Shown here piece after piece: positions 56,356 through 64,000 of a DNA stretch of 64,000 nucleotides (position 1 is its first letter; every line of letters begins with the position of its first letter). The notes under the pieces are model-generated. The model was not told the origin of the DNA, did no database searches, and worked only from the letters and a program-made list of their open reading frames with translations. The position numbers were made by a program, and so were the translations under genes. Source of the stretch: Nitrosomonadales bacterium (lineage in GTDB: Bacteria; Pseudomonadota; Gammaproteobacteria; Burkholderiales; SG8-39); contig JAKFDA010000071.1 in the NCBI GenBank assembly GCA_036676355.1, positions 29,924-93,923 of the forward strand. The letters run 5' to 3'.

Positions 56356-58452
56356 CTACGGTTTTTTCTCGTTATCCGTGCCGGCCACGGCGGCCAGCGC
56401 GCGATTGAGCACGTTGTCGCGTTCGACCGGACGAACAGCGCCGTTGGCAAGTGCGTTCGAAAGCGCGTCCGCCGTCAGCGTACGGGAATGCGCACCGCCC
56501 GCACTGAACAGATAGCGGCTGCGCGCCGGACTCACCCAGATCAACTTGGCCCGCAGCGTCTGCTCCTGATCGCACAGCTCGACGACATCGCCGCGCTGCA
56601 GCAACGCGCTCGTGGGGCGTGCAACATCATATGCAACCGTTTCGGACGCCACGGTGGGCGCGTCTTTCGTCGGCGCGACGCGCGGCGCGGCCGCCATGCT
56701 GCGCATCTGCAGGATCGCCGTGTGCGTCGCCATCAATTCATCCATGAACGGCCGCACGGCCTCGGCCGACGTCCCGGCGGCCCTGATGCCGGCCTGAACG
56801 TCGCGCACCAGACCGGGCAACGATGCGACGAATGGCGGCAACTCGTGCCTGAGCCTGGGTTTCACACTGTTCTGCAATACTTCCATGACGCGAAGGCGCT
56901 CGTCCCATCGCTCGTCACCGACATGATTCATGCGCGCATCGGTCAATGCGAGCGCCCAGGTCTGTTCAAGGAAGGCGCGCAAAAATGCTGGCGTGTCTTG
57001 ACGCAAGCGCTTGGCGACCGCTTCGGCCGCTGCGTCCTGTGCATGCGCCAACCGTTCTTCCGCCAGCAGCGCTGCAGTCGTTTCGGCCAGGGCCTGCTCG
57101 TCCTCGGCAGCGGCTTCGGCGGAAATCGTGCGCAGTTGCGCGGCCGCCATATCGAACAGGCTCAAATCGGCTTCGAACGCGGTGAGCACCTCGTCGACGA
57201 TATCGCGCAGGCCGGAGACAAAGCGCCCGTCTGCACTTACATCGAGCGCGGGATCGCTGCCCAGTCGTACGATTTCGTCGAGCAGCACGCGCAGAGGATG
57301 TTCGCGGCGGGCGAAAAAACTGCGATCAAGCAGCGCCGCTTTCAAGGCCACGATTTGCAGCCGCGCCAGTTCGCTTCTGACCGTCTCGGGCAATGCGCGA
57401 TCCCGCAACAGAAAATCGAATACGACCGTGACCAGTTCGCCGGTCAATCGATCGAGCGGATGCGCATCCTCGCTCGCCATGTGTTCGACCATGGCATGGA
57501 GTTCCCGTGCATGATCGGCGCCGGCCATGTGCGCCGCTCCCCGCTGTCTTTCGGTCAGCGAGCGCAGCAGGTCATCACTGACCGGCGTATCGATGGCGTT
57601 GGCATACAGACTGCCTTCCTCGTCCGCCAGCATGCGCGCGCCGTATTGCCGGTTGCCTGCAGAGCCGGCCAGCAAGGCGGCGAGAATCTCTTTCAGATCG
57701 AGTGGCGATGAGGTGCGATTGGGCAACAGATCGCGCAGCGACATGACCTGGCTGACCGTCATGTTTCCATCCGCGTTGCGCTTGGCAAAGCGATTCAAGG
57801 TATCGCGTTCGATGGACGGCCGGTAATCGGGAAGCACCCGCGCCTCGATCAGCATACCGTTGAGTTCACGATAGAACTGGCCCAAGCCGAAGGCCAGATG
57901 CGGCTGAAGCGCGTTGATCAACGTGGCCAGCACCGCTTCGTCTTCGAGGTCGGTGGCGCACGCACGCTGCGCGGCTTTGATGATCGTGCCGGGTCCGACC
58001 GGATTGCGGGCGCCGTCGACCGACGTCTCGAACAGATCGCGCAAGCGGGCTTCGATGCCGACGAAGTCGCCCTTGTCGATTTCCTCCAGCGTCTTCTGCA
58101 CCAGCTTCTTGAGCGCGACCTGCCGTGCGAACTCGTCGTCGCCGAGCAGATTGAATTCGCCGAATGCGCGCGGTGCGCCGCCCTTGCGATCGCCCTCGTT
58201 GAGCCAGCCCAGTTTCTCCTCGTACAAGGCAAGCAGATGCCGTTCGAACGCTTCGGCCAGACCGCGCTTGTTGCGGTGGATATGCTCGAGCGTCTGCAGA
58301 ATGAGACGATGGTCTTCAGTCGTGCGCGATTGCTTGCCGAGCTCCAGCAAATTGTCGAGCAGCGACGTCAGGCCATCCGCAAAGCTGATTCTGAAGCGTT
58401 GCCGCAACGATTCGCGGATGCGCGGAATCAGCGTTGCGGCCTGTGTCTTCAC
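56356..58452 (-). CDS. Large conserved protein of unknown function (DUF1631-like)
   Basis: 698 aa, helical, with no catalytic motifs recognised. Its C-terminus (GDVVELCDQEQTLRAKLIWVSPARSRYLFS) is as I recall for DUF1631. Its start has a 4-nt overlap with the hemY stop. Confidence 0.7.
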   Translation of the reverse strand: MKTQAATLIPRIRESLRQRFRISFADGLTSLLDNLLELGKQSRTTEDHRLILQTLEHIHRNKRGLAEAFERHLLALYEEKLGWLNEGDRKGGAPRAFGEFNLLGDDEFARQVALKKLVQKTLEEIDKGDFVGIEARLRDLFETSVDGARNPVGPGTIIKAAQRACATDLEDEAVLATLINALQPHLAFGLGQFYRELNGMLIEARVLPDYRPSIERDTLNRFAKRNADGNMTVSQVMSLRDLLPNRTSSPLDLKEILAALLAGSAGNRQYGARMLADEEGSLYANAIDTPVSDDLLRSLTERQRGAAHMAGADHARELHAMVEHMASEDAHPLDRLTGELVTVVFDFLLRDRALPETVRSELARLQIVALKAALLDRSFFARREHPLRVLLDEIVRLGSDPALDVSADGRFVSGLRDIVDEVLTAFEADLSLFDMAAAQLRTISAEAAAEDEQALAETTAALLAEERLAHAQDAAAEAVAKRLRQDTPAFLRAFLEQTWALALTDARMNHVGDERWDERLRVMEVLQNSVKPRLRHELPPFVASLPGLVRDVQAGIRAAGTSAEAVRPFMDELMATHTAILQMRSMAAAPRVAPTKDAPTVASETVAYDVARPTSALLQRGDVVELCDQEQTLRAKLIWVSPARSRYLFSAGGAHSRTLTADALSNALANGAVRPVERDNVLNRALAAVAGTDNEKKP

Positions 58453-59633
58453 GCCGGTATGGCTTCGTCCGCAGCGAAGCGGTAGTGCCGGTCGGCCTCG
58501 GTCTCGCGTCCGATGCGCTCATAGAGGCGCGCCAGTTCACGATGTGCCGACCGCGTGGGTTGCTGCGAGAGACTCGCCTCGAAAAAGCTCTGCGCCTTGC
58601 CCCAAAGCTGACGATAGGTGCACAGCCGACCGAGCGTCAGCAACAGCGCAGCATCGCGCGGATGCTCGAGCAGCCAGGTCTCGCAATACTGGATGCGATC
58701 GAGCGCATCATCATCCTGACACTCGCCGTACAACAGTACGAGCTCCTGCGACCAGTTGGCGTTGAGCGCATCGGCGATGATGCGGTGCGCTTCCTTGCAA
58801 CCGCCCAGCCGGATGAACAATTGCGCCGCGGTCGTGGCGATGCGTGGCTCCAGTTTGTCTTCCCGGCGCAGACGTTTCCAGAACTCGCGCAGCGCCGTGG
58901 CGTCGAGTCCCTTTTGCTTGAGGTTCTCCACCGCGGCAGTAACCCGCAACGGCTGAGTAAAGGGGCGTGAACGCACGTCGCGCTTGTCCAGAATGGTCAA
59001 CAGGCGCAGCACTTCGTCCCAGTTCTGCAGGCCCTGCTCCGCGCGCAACAGCAAGCGCAGCGTGGCGACGTGCTTGGGGCCGCTTTCGTGCATCTCGCGC
59101 AGAATGGTGCGCGCTTCCTCGTAACGTCTTTCGTCAAGCAGCATTTCCGCGCGCGTCGACAGGCGCGCGTTACGCGATTCGCCCGGGACCTGCGCAGCGC
59201 GCTCTAGCCATTCATCGCGCTGTCCGAAATCGCGCAGTGAATGCGCCGACCGCGCCGCGAGCAGCGCCGAAAGCGCCGGCGCGGCCTTCATTCCATAGGC
59301 ACGCGCAGCGTATTTCTGTGCGCGCCCGAAGCGCCCTTCCAGAAATGCTTCCCAGGCGTTGCGCAGCGCCGCGGTCCCGCGCGTCTCGCGCCGGCGTTGC
59401 CGGAACGTGGCCACATACGTCGGCAGGCGCAAGGTGTGCGAAACGGCGAGGAACAGCGCATGCAGCGCGAAAAAAGTCGCCAGCAGTCCCAGCACCAGAA
59501 CGGGAACCGACACTTCGATACGATAGGGCGGATACACCAGCAGCGCATAGCCGTCGCTATATCGCGCCACGAGCGAAATCGCCACCGCAAGCGCGAATAC
59601 GATGACGAAACGAATCAGCCACCTCATCGACAC
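58449..59633 (-). CDS. hemY: HemY-like TPR membrane protein
   Basis: 394 aa with two N-terminal TM segments followed by TPR-like repeats. It is in the hemCDXY context. Confidence 0.85.
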   Translation of the reverse strand: MSMRWLIRFVIVFALAVAISLVARYSDGYALLVYPPYRIEVSVPVLVLGLLATFFALHALFLAVSHTLRLPTYVATFRQRRRETRGTAALRNAWEAFLEGRFGRAQKYAARAYGMKAAPALSALLAARSAHSLRDFGQRDEWLERAAQVPGESRNARLSTRAEMLLDERRYEEARTILREMHESGPKHVATLRLLLRAEQGLQNWDEVLRLLTILDKRDVRSRPFTQPLRVTAAVENLKQKGLDATALREFWKRLRREDKLEPRIATTAAQLFIRLGGCKEAHRIIADALNANWSQELVLLYGECQDDDALDRIQYCETWLLEHPRDAALLLTLGRLCTYRQLWGKAQSFFEASLSQQPTRSAHRELARLYERIGRETEADRHYRFAADEAIPA

Positions 59634-59640
59634 GGCCCCG

Positions 59641-60699
59641 TCACGGCTGACGCTCCTGCGGCGCTCTCAGATTGCGCACGGCATTGAGACTGTCGGCGAT
59701 GGAAGGCAACTCGACCGCCACCGCCGCCTCGCGCATCTGTTCCAGCGCGGCCAACGCACTCGCAGTCGTTTGATCGCTTGTGTCGAAATAACGTTTGAAC
59801 CAGCTTATGCCGGCCTGCAAATCGTTGCGAAACGCCTGCTCGTCGCGCTGCAGCAATGCCAGTCGCGCATGCAGCAGCCGCAGCTTGAGGTTTTCGCGCA
59901 GGAAATAGCGCTGATCCGGGGCGAGCAACGTGGGATCCTGCGCATCGAGTCGTTCAACGCGGATCAATTGCTTGATTTCGGCCCAGCCCGAATACAGCGC
60001 GTCCTTCCACCAAACCCCCTCCGCGGCGGTTGTCTGGGCACCGGGTGTTTCATGCGGATGCGCTTCGACCACGATCGGCATGGTATCGACGTTTTCGAGC
60101 ATCTGATCCAGCCGCAGCGTCATGCCGGTCACATCAAGCATCGGCGCCGCTTGCAAGCGTTGAATGTCGCGCGCCAGCACTTTGCGTACAGCCAGAAACT
60201 GCGGCCGATCGGGCCGTGCGAGGCGCGCATCGACTGTCTGCAACGCGGTCAGCGCCGCCCGCACATTGCCCGCCAGTTGCAACTGCTGTGCGGCGATGCT
60301 GAGCGTTTGTTCGGCTTCAGCAAGCAGCCAGTCGTCGCGACTGCGATTCATCTCCTGATAAAGCGACTCCAGCGCATCCTGCTGGCCTTGCGATTCCAGC
60401 AGTTTGAGTTCGATGCCGGCGGTGGTGCCTTGCAATGCCCGCAACGCCTCCTGCACGTCGCTCGCAATGACCCGCGCCGCTTTCGCTTCATCGCGATTGT
60501 CGCGCAGCTGCGCCGCGACTTCGCTACGCATGTTCTCCAGTTGTCGGCCCGTATCCCACCAGCTCCATGCCAGTGCCAGCGCCAGCGCGACGGTGATGAG
60601 CGCCAGTACGCCCACTCCGCGACGACGGGCATGCGACGGGGTGGCGATTCGCTCGGGCGTTTCGGGCGGCAGCGTCGTTGAATTCGCTTGTTCTGTCAT
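59641..60699 (-). CDS. hemX: HemX-like membrane protein (uroporphyrinogen-III C-methyltransferase-like)
   Basis: 352 aa with a single TM (VGVLALITVALALALAWSWW) and a long coiled-coil periplasmic part. It lies between hemD and hemY. Confidence 0.85.
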   Translation of the reverse strand: MTEQANSTTLPPETPERIATPSHARRRGVGVLALITVALALALAWSWWDTGRQLENMRSEVAAQLRDNRDEAKAARVIASDVQEALRALQGTTAGIELKLLESQGQQDALESLYQEMNRSRDDWLLAEAEQTLSIAAQQLQLAGNVRAALTALQTVDARLARPDRPQFLAVRKVLARDIQRLQAAPMLDVTGMTLRLDQMLENVDTMPIVVEAHPHETPGAQTTAAEGVWWKDALYSGWAEIKQLIRVERLDAQDPTLLAPDQRYFLRENLKLRLLHARLALLQRDEQAFRNDLQAGISWFKRYFDTSDQTTASALAALEQMREAAVAVELPSIADSLNAVRNLRAPQERQP

Positions 60700-60719
60700 G
60701 GCTATAGGCTTGTGTGGGG

Positions 60720-61484
60720 CTAGACTTTAGCCCAAAACTGCGTCAGCGCCGACAGCAGACCGTCATCGCCGGGCGCCGTTACAACGATCCGTTCCAATCC
60801 GAGCGCTCTGGCCTGCTCGGCGATACGCGCATGCGGCACGAATAATTCGGCTGCGGCAAGCCGCGCCGCCCCCAACATCGACATGAGGTTGCGCAGGCCT
60901 TCGCTCGATGTCACGACAAAAGCATCGATCTGCGCTTGCGGCGCTCCGAGTGCTGCTTCGTCGCCGGCGGCCGGCCGCTCGCGCCGGTAGCAGGGCACGT
61001 AGTCGACCTGCGCGCCGCGCGCCTGCAGTGTGTTACCGAGCAATTCGCGCCCATCCTGGCCACGGAAAATGACGATTCGCTCGCCGCGCATCTCCGCAGG
61101 CAACAGCGCCAGCAGGTGTTCGCTGTCGAAGCGCGTTTGCGGCGCGATCACTTCCGTCACGCCATGCGCTTGCAATGCTGCGGCGCTCGCGCGTCCGACC
61201 GTCGCGGCGCGCAACGCGGTCGGCCACGAGCGCCGCGCCAGGATGAAACGCATGGCGCGTTCCACCGCGTTGGGGCTGATGAATATCGCCAGATCGTAGG
61301 AGTTCAGTTGCCCCGTGGCGCGTTCGAGCGGTTGCAGATCGTCGATGTCGCGAATGACCAGCGCCGGATACACCAGGGCTTCGCCGCCAAGCGCGCGGAT
61401 GCGCGCCGCGAGCGCTTCGTTCTGCCCGACGGGACGCGTCAGCACGATGCGTCGTCCCGACAAGGCGGTGGCGCCGCTTATCAA
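60720..61484 (-). CDS. hemD: Uroporphyrinogen-III synthase
   Basis: ORF 60720..61730 trimmed to TTG 61484, which forms a TTGA overlap with the hemC stop. The sequence GRRIVLTRP...IFISPNAV...FVTSSEG is HemD-like. A downstream GTG start is possible. Confidence 0.8.
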   Translation of the reverse strand: MISGATALSGRRIVLTRPVGQNEALAARIRALGGEALVYPALVIRDIDDLQPLERATGQLNSYDLAIFISPNAVERAMRFILARRSWPTALRAATVGRASAAALQAHGVTEVIAPQTRFDSEHLLALLPAEMRGERIVIFRGQDGRELLGNTLQARGAQVDYVPCYRRERPAAGDEAALGAPQAQIDAFVVTSSEGLRNLMSMLGAARLAAAELFVPHARIAEQARALGLERIVVTAPGDDGLLSALTQFWAKV

Positions 61485-62407
61485 TGGGCGAGCGCCGCAA
61501 GAATGGCTTCCGCGCCTTCGGCCCGCAGCGCATCGGCCAGTCGCAAGCCCAGTTCCTCGGGCGCATCGCTCGATCCCTCGAGTTCGGCGCGCGCGATGCG
61601 CGTGCCGTCGGGCAGCGCAACCAGACCGCGCAAGCGCAAACGGCCCCGCGCATATTCGGCGAACGCCGCCAGGGGAACCTGGCAACTGCCCGCCAGCGCA
61701 CGGCTCACGGCGCGCTCGGCGCGCACGCACGCGGCGGTCTCGACATGGTTCAGCGGCGCCAGCGCAGCGATCACCTCATGGTCGTCGGCGCGGCATTCGA
61801 TGGCGAGCGCACCCTGGCCGGCGGCCGGCAAGCTGGACTCGGCGGGGATCAGGCTGCGAATGCGATCGCCCGCACCAAGCCGCTTCAACCCTGCGGCGGC
61901 CAGCACGATGGCGTCGTATTCGCCGCGATCGAGTTTCGCCATGCGCGTGTCCAGGTTGCCGCGCAGCGGACGCACGGTCAGATGAGGCAGGCGGTTGCGC
62001 AGCTGCGCCTCGCGTCGCAGACTGGAAGTGCCGACCACGGCGCCGGGCGGCAATTCTTCGAGCGCGGCATAGCGGTTGGAGACGAACGCGTCGCGCGCAT
62101 CTTCGCGCGGCAGAATGGCCGCAAGAGTGAAACCGGGCGGCAATTCCATCGGGACGTCCTTGGCGGAATGCACCGCGATATGCGCGCGGCCATCTTCCAG
62201 CGCCAACTCCAACTCTTTGACGAACAAGCCTTTACCGCCGACTTTGGCAAGCGAAACATCGAGGATTTGATCGCCTCGCGTCGTCATTCCCAGGATTTCC
62301 ACCGGGCAGCGCGGATATAATCGGTCGATTTCCGCGCGCACATGTTCGGCCTGCCACATCGCCAGGCGGCTCTCGCGCGAGGCGATGACAAGACGTTCGA
62401 GCATCAC
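61481..62407 (-). CDS. hemC: Porphobilinogen deaminase (hydroxymethylbilane synthase)
   Basis: 308 aa with [21 protein letters not shown] and KGLFVKELE. Confidence 0.95.
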   Translation of the reverse strand: MMLERLVIASRESRLAMWQAEHVRAEIDRLYPRCPVEILGMTTRGDQILDVSLAKVGGKGLFVKELELALEDGRAHIAVHSAKDVPMELPPGFTLAAILPREDARDAFVSNRYAALEELPPGAVVGTSSLRREAQLRNRLPHLTVRPLRGNLDTRMAKLDRGEYDAIVLAAAGLKRLGAGDRIRSLIPAESSLPAAGQGALAIECRADDHEVIAALAPLNHVETAACVRAERAVSRALAGSCQVPLAAFAEYARGRLRLRGLVALPDGTRIARAELEGSSDAPEELGLRLADALRAEGAEAILAALAH

Positions 62408-62655
62408 AATAAATGGGGAGTGAAGAGGTATGGGTGCGAGGTAAATCGGCCCGGCAATTCTAGCATGCGGAGTGCAGGCTTTCTCGGAGGCTCACGCACC
62501 CGACCATCGCAGAATCGGCTGCGTTGACGCACCCGAATTGCGTCGATTCGACTTCCGCGCAAGAACATCTCCGACTCAGACGACGTACGCCGTCGCCGCG
62601 CCGCCGGCGCGCACGGCGTACGGGAAACCAGACTTAATCAGGTAAGGCAGCACTC

Positions 62656-64000
62656 ATGGCAACAGCAGGCACATCGAAAAAAACCAGCACCCGGACCACA
62701 CGGGCCGCGACGGAAAAGGATGCGCCGCTGCGCGAGGATATTCGCCTGCTTGGCCGCCTGCTCGGCGACACCCTGCGCGAGCAGGAAGGCGACAGGATGT
62801 ACCAGATCGTCGAGGAGATCCGCCAGACTGCCGTGCGCTTTCGCCGCGATGGCGATGTCCCGGCCCGCCAGCAACTCGACCGCATGCTGAACAAGCTGTC
62901 GCACGAAGAAACGATTTCGGTCGTGCGCGCGTTCAGCTACTTCTCCCATCTGGCCAATCTCGCCGAGGATCAGCATCACAACCGGCGGCGCCGCTTTCAC
63001 CGCATGCGCGGCACGGCGCCGCAGGACGGTTCGATCGAACTCGCCCTCGAACGCGCGCGCGGCGCCGGCATCAAGCCCAAGCAGATCAGGCAGTTCTTCG
63101 AGACCGCATTGATCAGCCCGGTGCTTACCGCGCATCCGACCGAAGTGCAGCGTAAAAGTATTCTCGATCGCGAAATCGAGATCGCACACCTGCTGGCCGA
63201 GCGCGACGAACGCATCATGACGCCCGATGAAGCGGCATTGAATCTGGATGCCTTGCGGCGCGAAATTCTGACGCTGTGGCAGACGCGCATGCTGCGTATG
63301 GTGAAGCTGACGGTGGAGGACGAAATCGACAATGCGCTGGCCTACTACCGCTACACCTTCCTCAAGGCGGTGCCGCATCTTTATGCGGACATCGAAGACG
63401 CCGTGGCGGCGGAGTTCAACGGCGAGCCGTGGGGACTTCCGCCCTTTCTCCGCCTCGGCAGCTGGATCGGCGGTGATCGCGACGGCAATCCCTTCGTCGA
63501 CCGCGACGTGCTGGCGCACGCGCTGCAACGCCAGGCCACGCTCGCCTTCGAGCACTACCTGCGTGAAGTGGCGAAGCTGAGTTCCGAGCTTCCCATTTCG
63601 GTCAGCCAGGTGGAAGTTTCGCCGGCGTTGTCCGCGCTCGCGGAAGCCGCGCCCGCCGCATCCGAGCATCGCCACGACGAACCCTATCGCCGCGCGCTGA
63701 TGTGGATGTACGGGCGACTCGCGTCCACCGCCAAACTCCTCACCGGACATGAAGTTTCCAGCGTTCTGACCGCGCCGCCGTATGACACCGCCGAGCAGTT
63801 CACCGCCGATCTGGAAGCGGTGCGCGCCTCGCTGATCGACCACAATTCCGGCGTGCTTGCGCGCGGCCGTCTGCGTCACCTCATAAGCGCCGCACGCGCC
63901 TTCCGCTTCAACCTCGCGACGCTCGACCTGCGCCAGAACTCGGACGTCCACGAAACCGTTATCGCCGAATTGTTCGCCCGCGCCGGCGTCGAAGCGAACT
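62656..64000 (+). CDS. ppc: Phosphoenolpyruvate carboxylase, N-terminal part (continues beyond window)
   Basis: This gene is not in the ORF track because no stop occurs in the window. Manual translation from ATG 62656 gives MATAGTSKK...LREDIRLLGRLLGDTLREQEG...VLTAHPTEVQRKSILD...LTVEDEIDNALAYYRYTF. The frame is open to base 64000. Confidence 0.93.
   Translation, partial: MATAGTSKKTSTRTTRAATEKDAPLREDIRLLGRLLGDTLREQEGDRMYQIVEEIRQTAVRFRRDGDVPARQQLDRMLNKLSHEETISVVRAFSYFSHLANLAEDQHHNRRRRFHRMRGTAPQDGSIELALERARGAGIKPKQIRQFFETALISPVLTAHPTEVQRKSILDREIEIAHLLAERDERIMTPDEAALNLDALRREILTLWQTRMLRMVKLTVEDEIDNALAYYRYTFLKAVPHLYADIEDAVAAEFNGEPWGLPPFLRLGSWIGGDRDGNPFVDRDVLAHALQRQATLAFEHYLREVAKLSSELPISVSQVEVSPALSALAEAAPAASEHRHDEPYRRALMWMYGRLASTAKLLTGHEVSSVLTAPPYDTAEQFTADLEAVRASLIDHNSGVLARGRLRHLISAARAFRFNLATLDLRQNSDVHETVIAELFARAGVEAN

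Overview
This is a 64-kb chromosomal segment of high GC (roughly 58-65% in hand-counted lines). Its gene order looks betaproteobacterial, which is an inference from synteny only. About three quarters is tightly packed housekeeping DNA:
- Minus strand, 0.7-16.8 kb: tatABC, a HIT gene, hisE-I-F-A-H-B-C-D-G, murA, a bolA-family gene, an ABC-2 exporter pair and mlaFEDACB.
- Plus strand, 37.7-46.8 kb: kdsD-kdsC-lptC-lptA-lptB-rpoN-hpf-ptsN-hprK-(psiF-like)-rapZ-ubiX.
- Remainder: mutY/asmA/5'-nucleotidase, tRNA-Gly(CCC), thiS-thiG-trmB, a DUF1631-like gene, hemY-X-D-C and the 5' part of ppc.

The accessory part is 17.1-35.7 kb, an MSHA-like type IV filament (pilus or T2SS-like) locus.
- Its core genes encode a sigma-54 enhancer-binding response regulator, an ExeA-like ATPase with a DamX-type SPOR tail, a lipoprotein secretin, a TPR protein, a GspE/MshE ATPase and a GspF platform.
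- Three translationally coupled unknowns follow. I read them as GspL/PilMN-, PilO- and PilP-like.
- Only three prepilin-like proteins are present, encoded by lower-GC genes. One is a ~570-aa GspK-like protein with an internal repeated module.
- The locus also carries an embedded class III adenylate cyclase and a polytopic histidine kinase.
- A large pilin gene sits behind a near-consensus sigma-54 promoter.

A second sigma-54-type promoter precedes a PEP-CTERM protein gene at 53.4 kb, next to a highly structured region downstream of the tRNA.

Smaller oddities:
- A 128-bp insertion in the hisB-hisH junction duplicates the hisH start and is spanned by a doubly ATGA-coupled 43-codon ORF.
- Two families of short palindromic intergenic repeats are present.
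- An intrinsic terminator lies between tatA and tatB.

All family assignments come from motif recognition by eye. No searches were run, so the novelty of the pilus-like locus is a hypothesis and has not been demonstrated.
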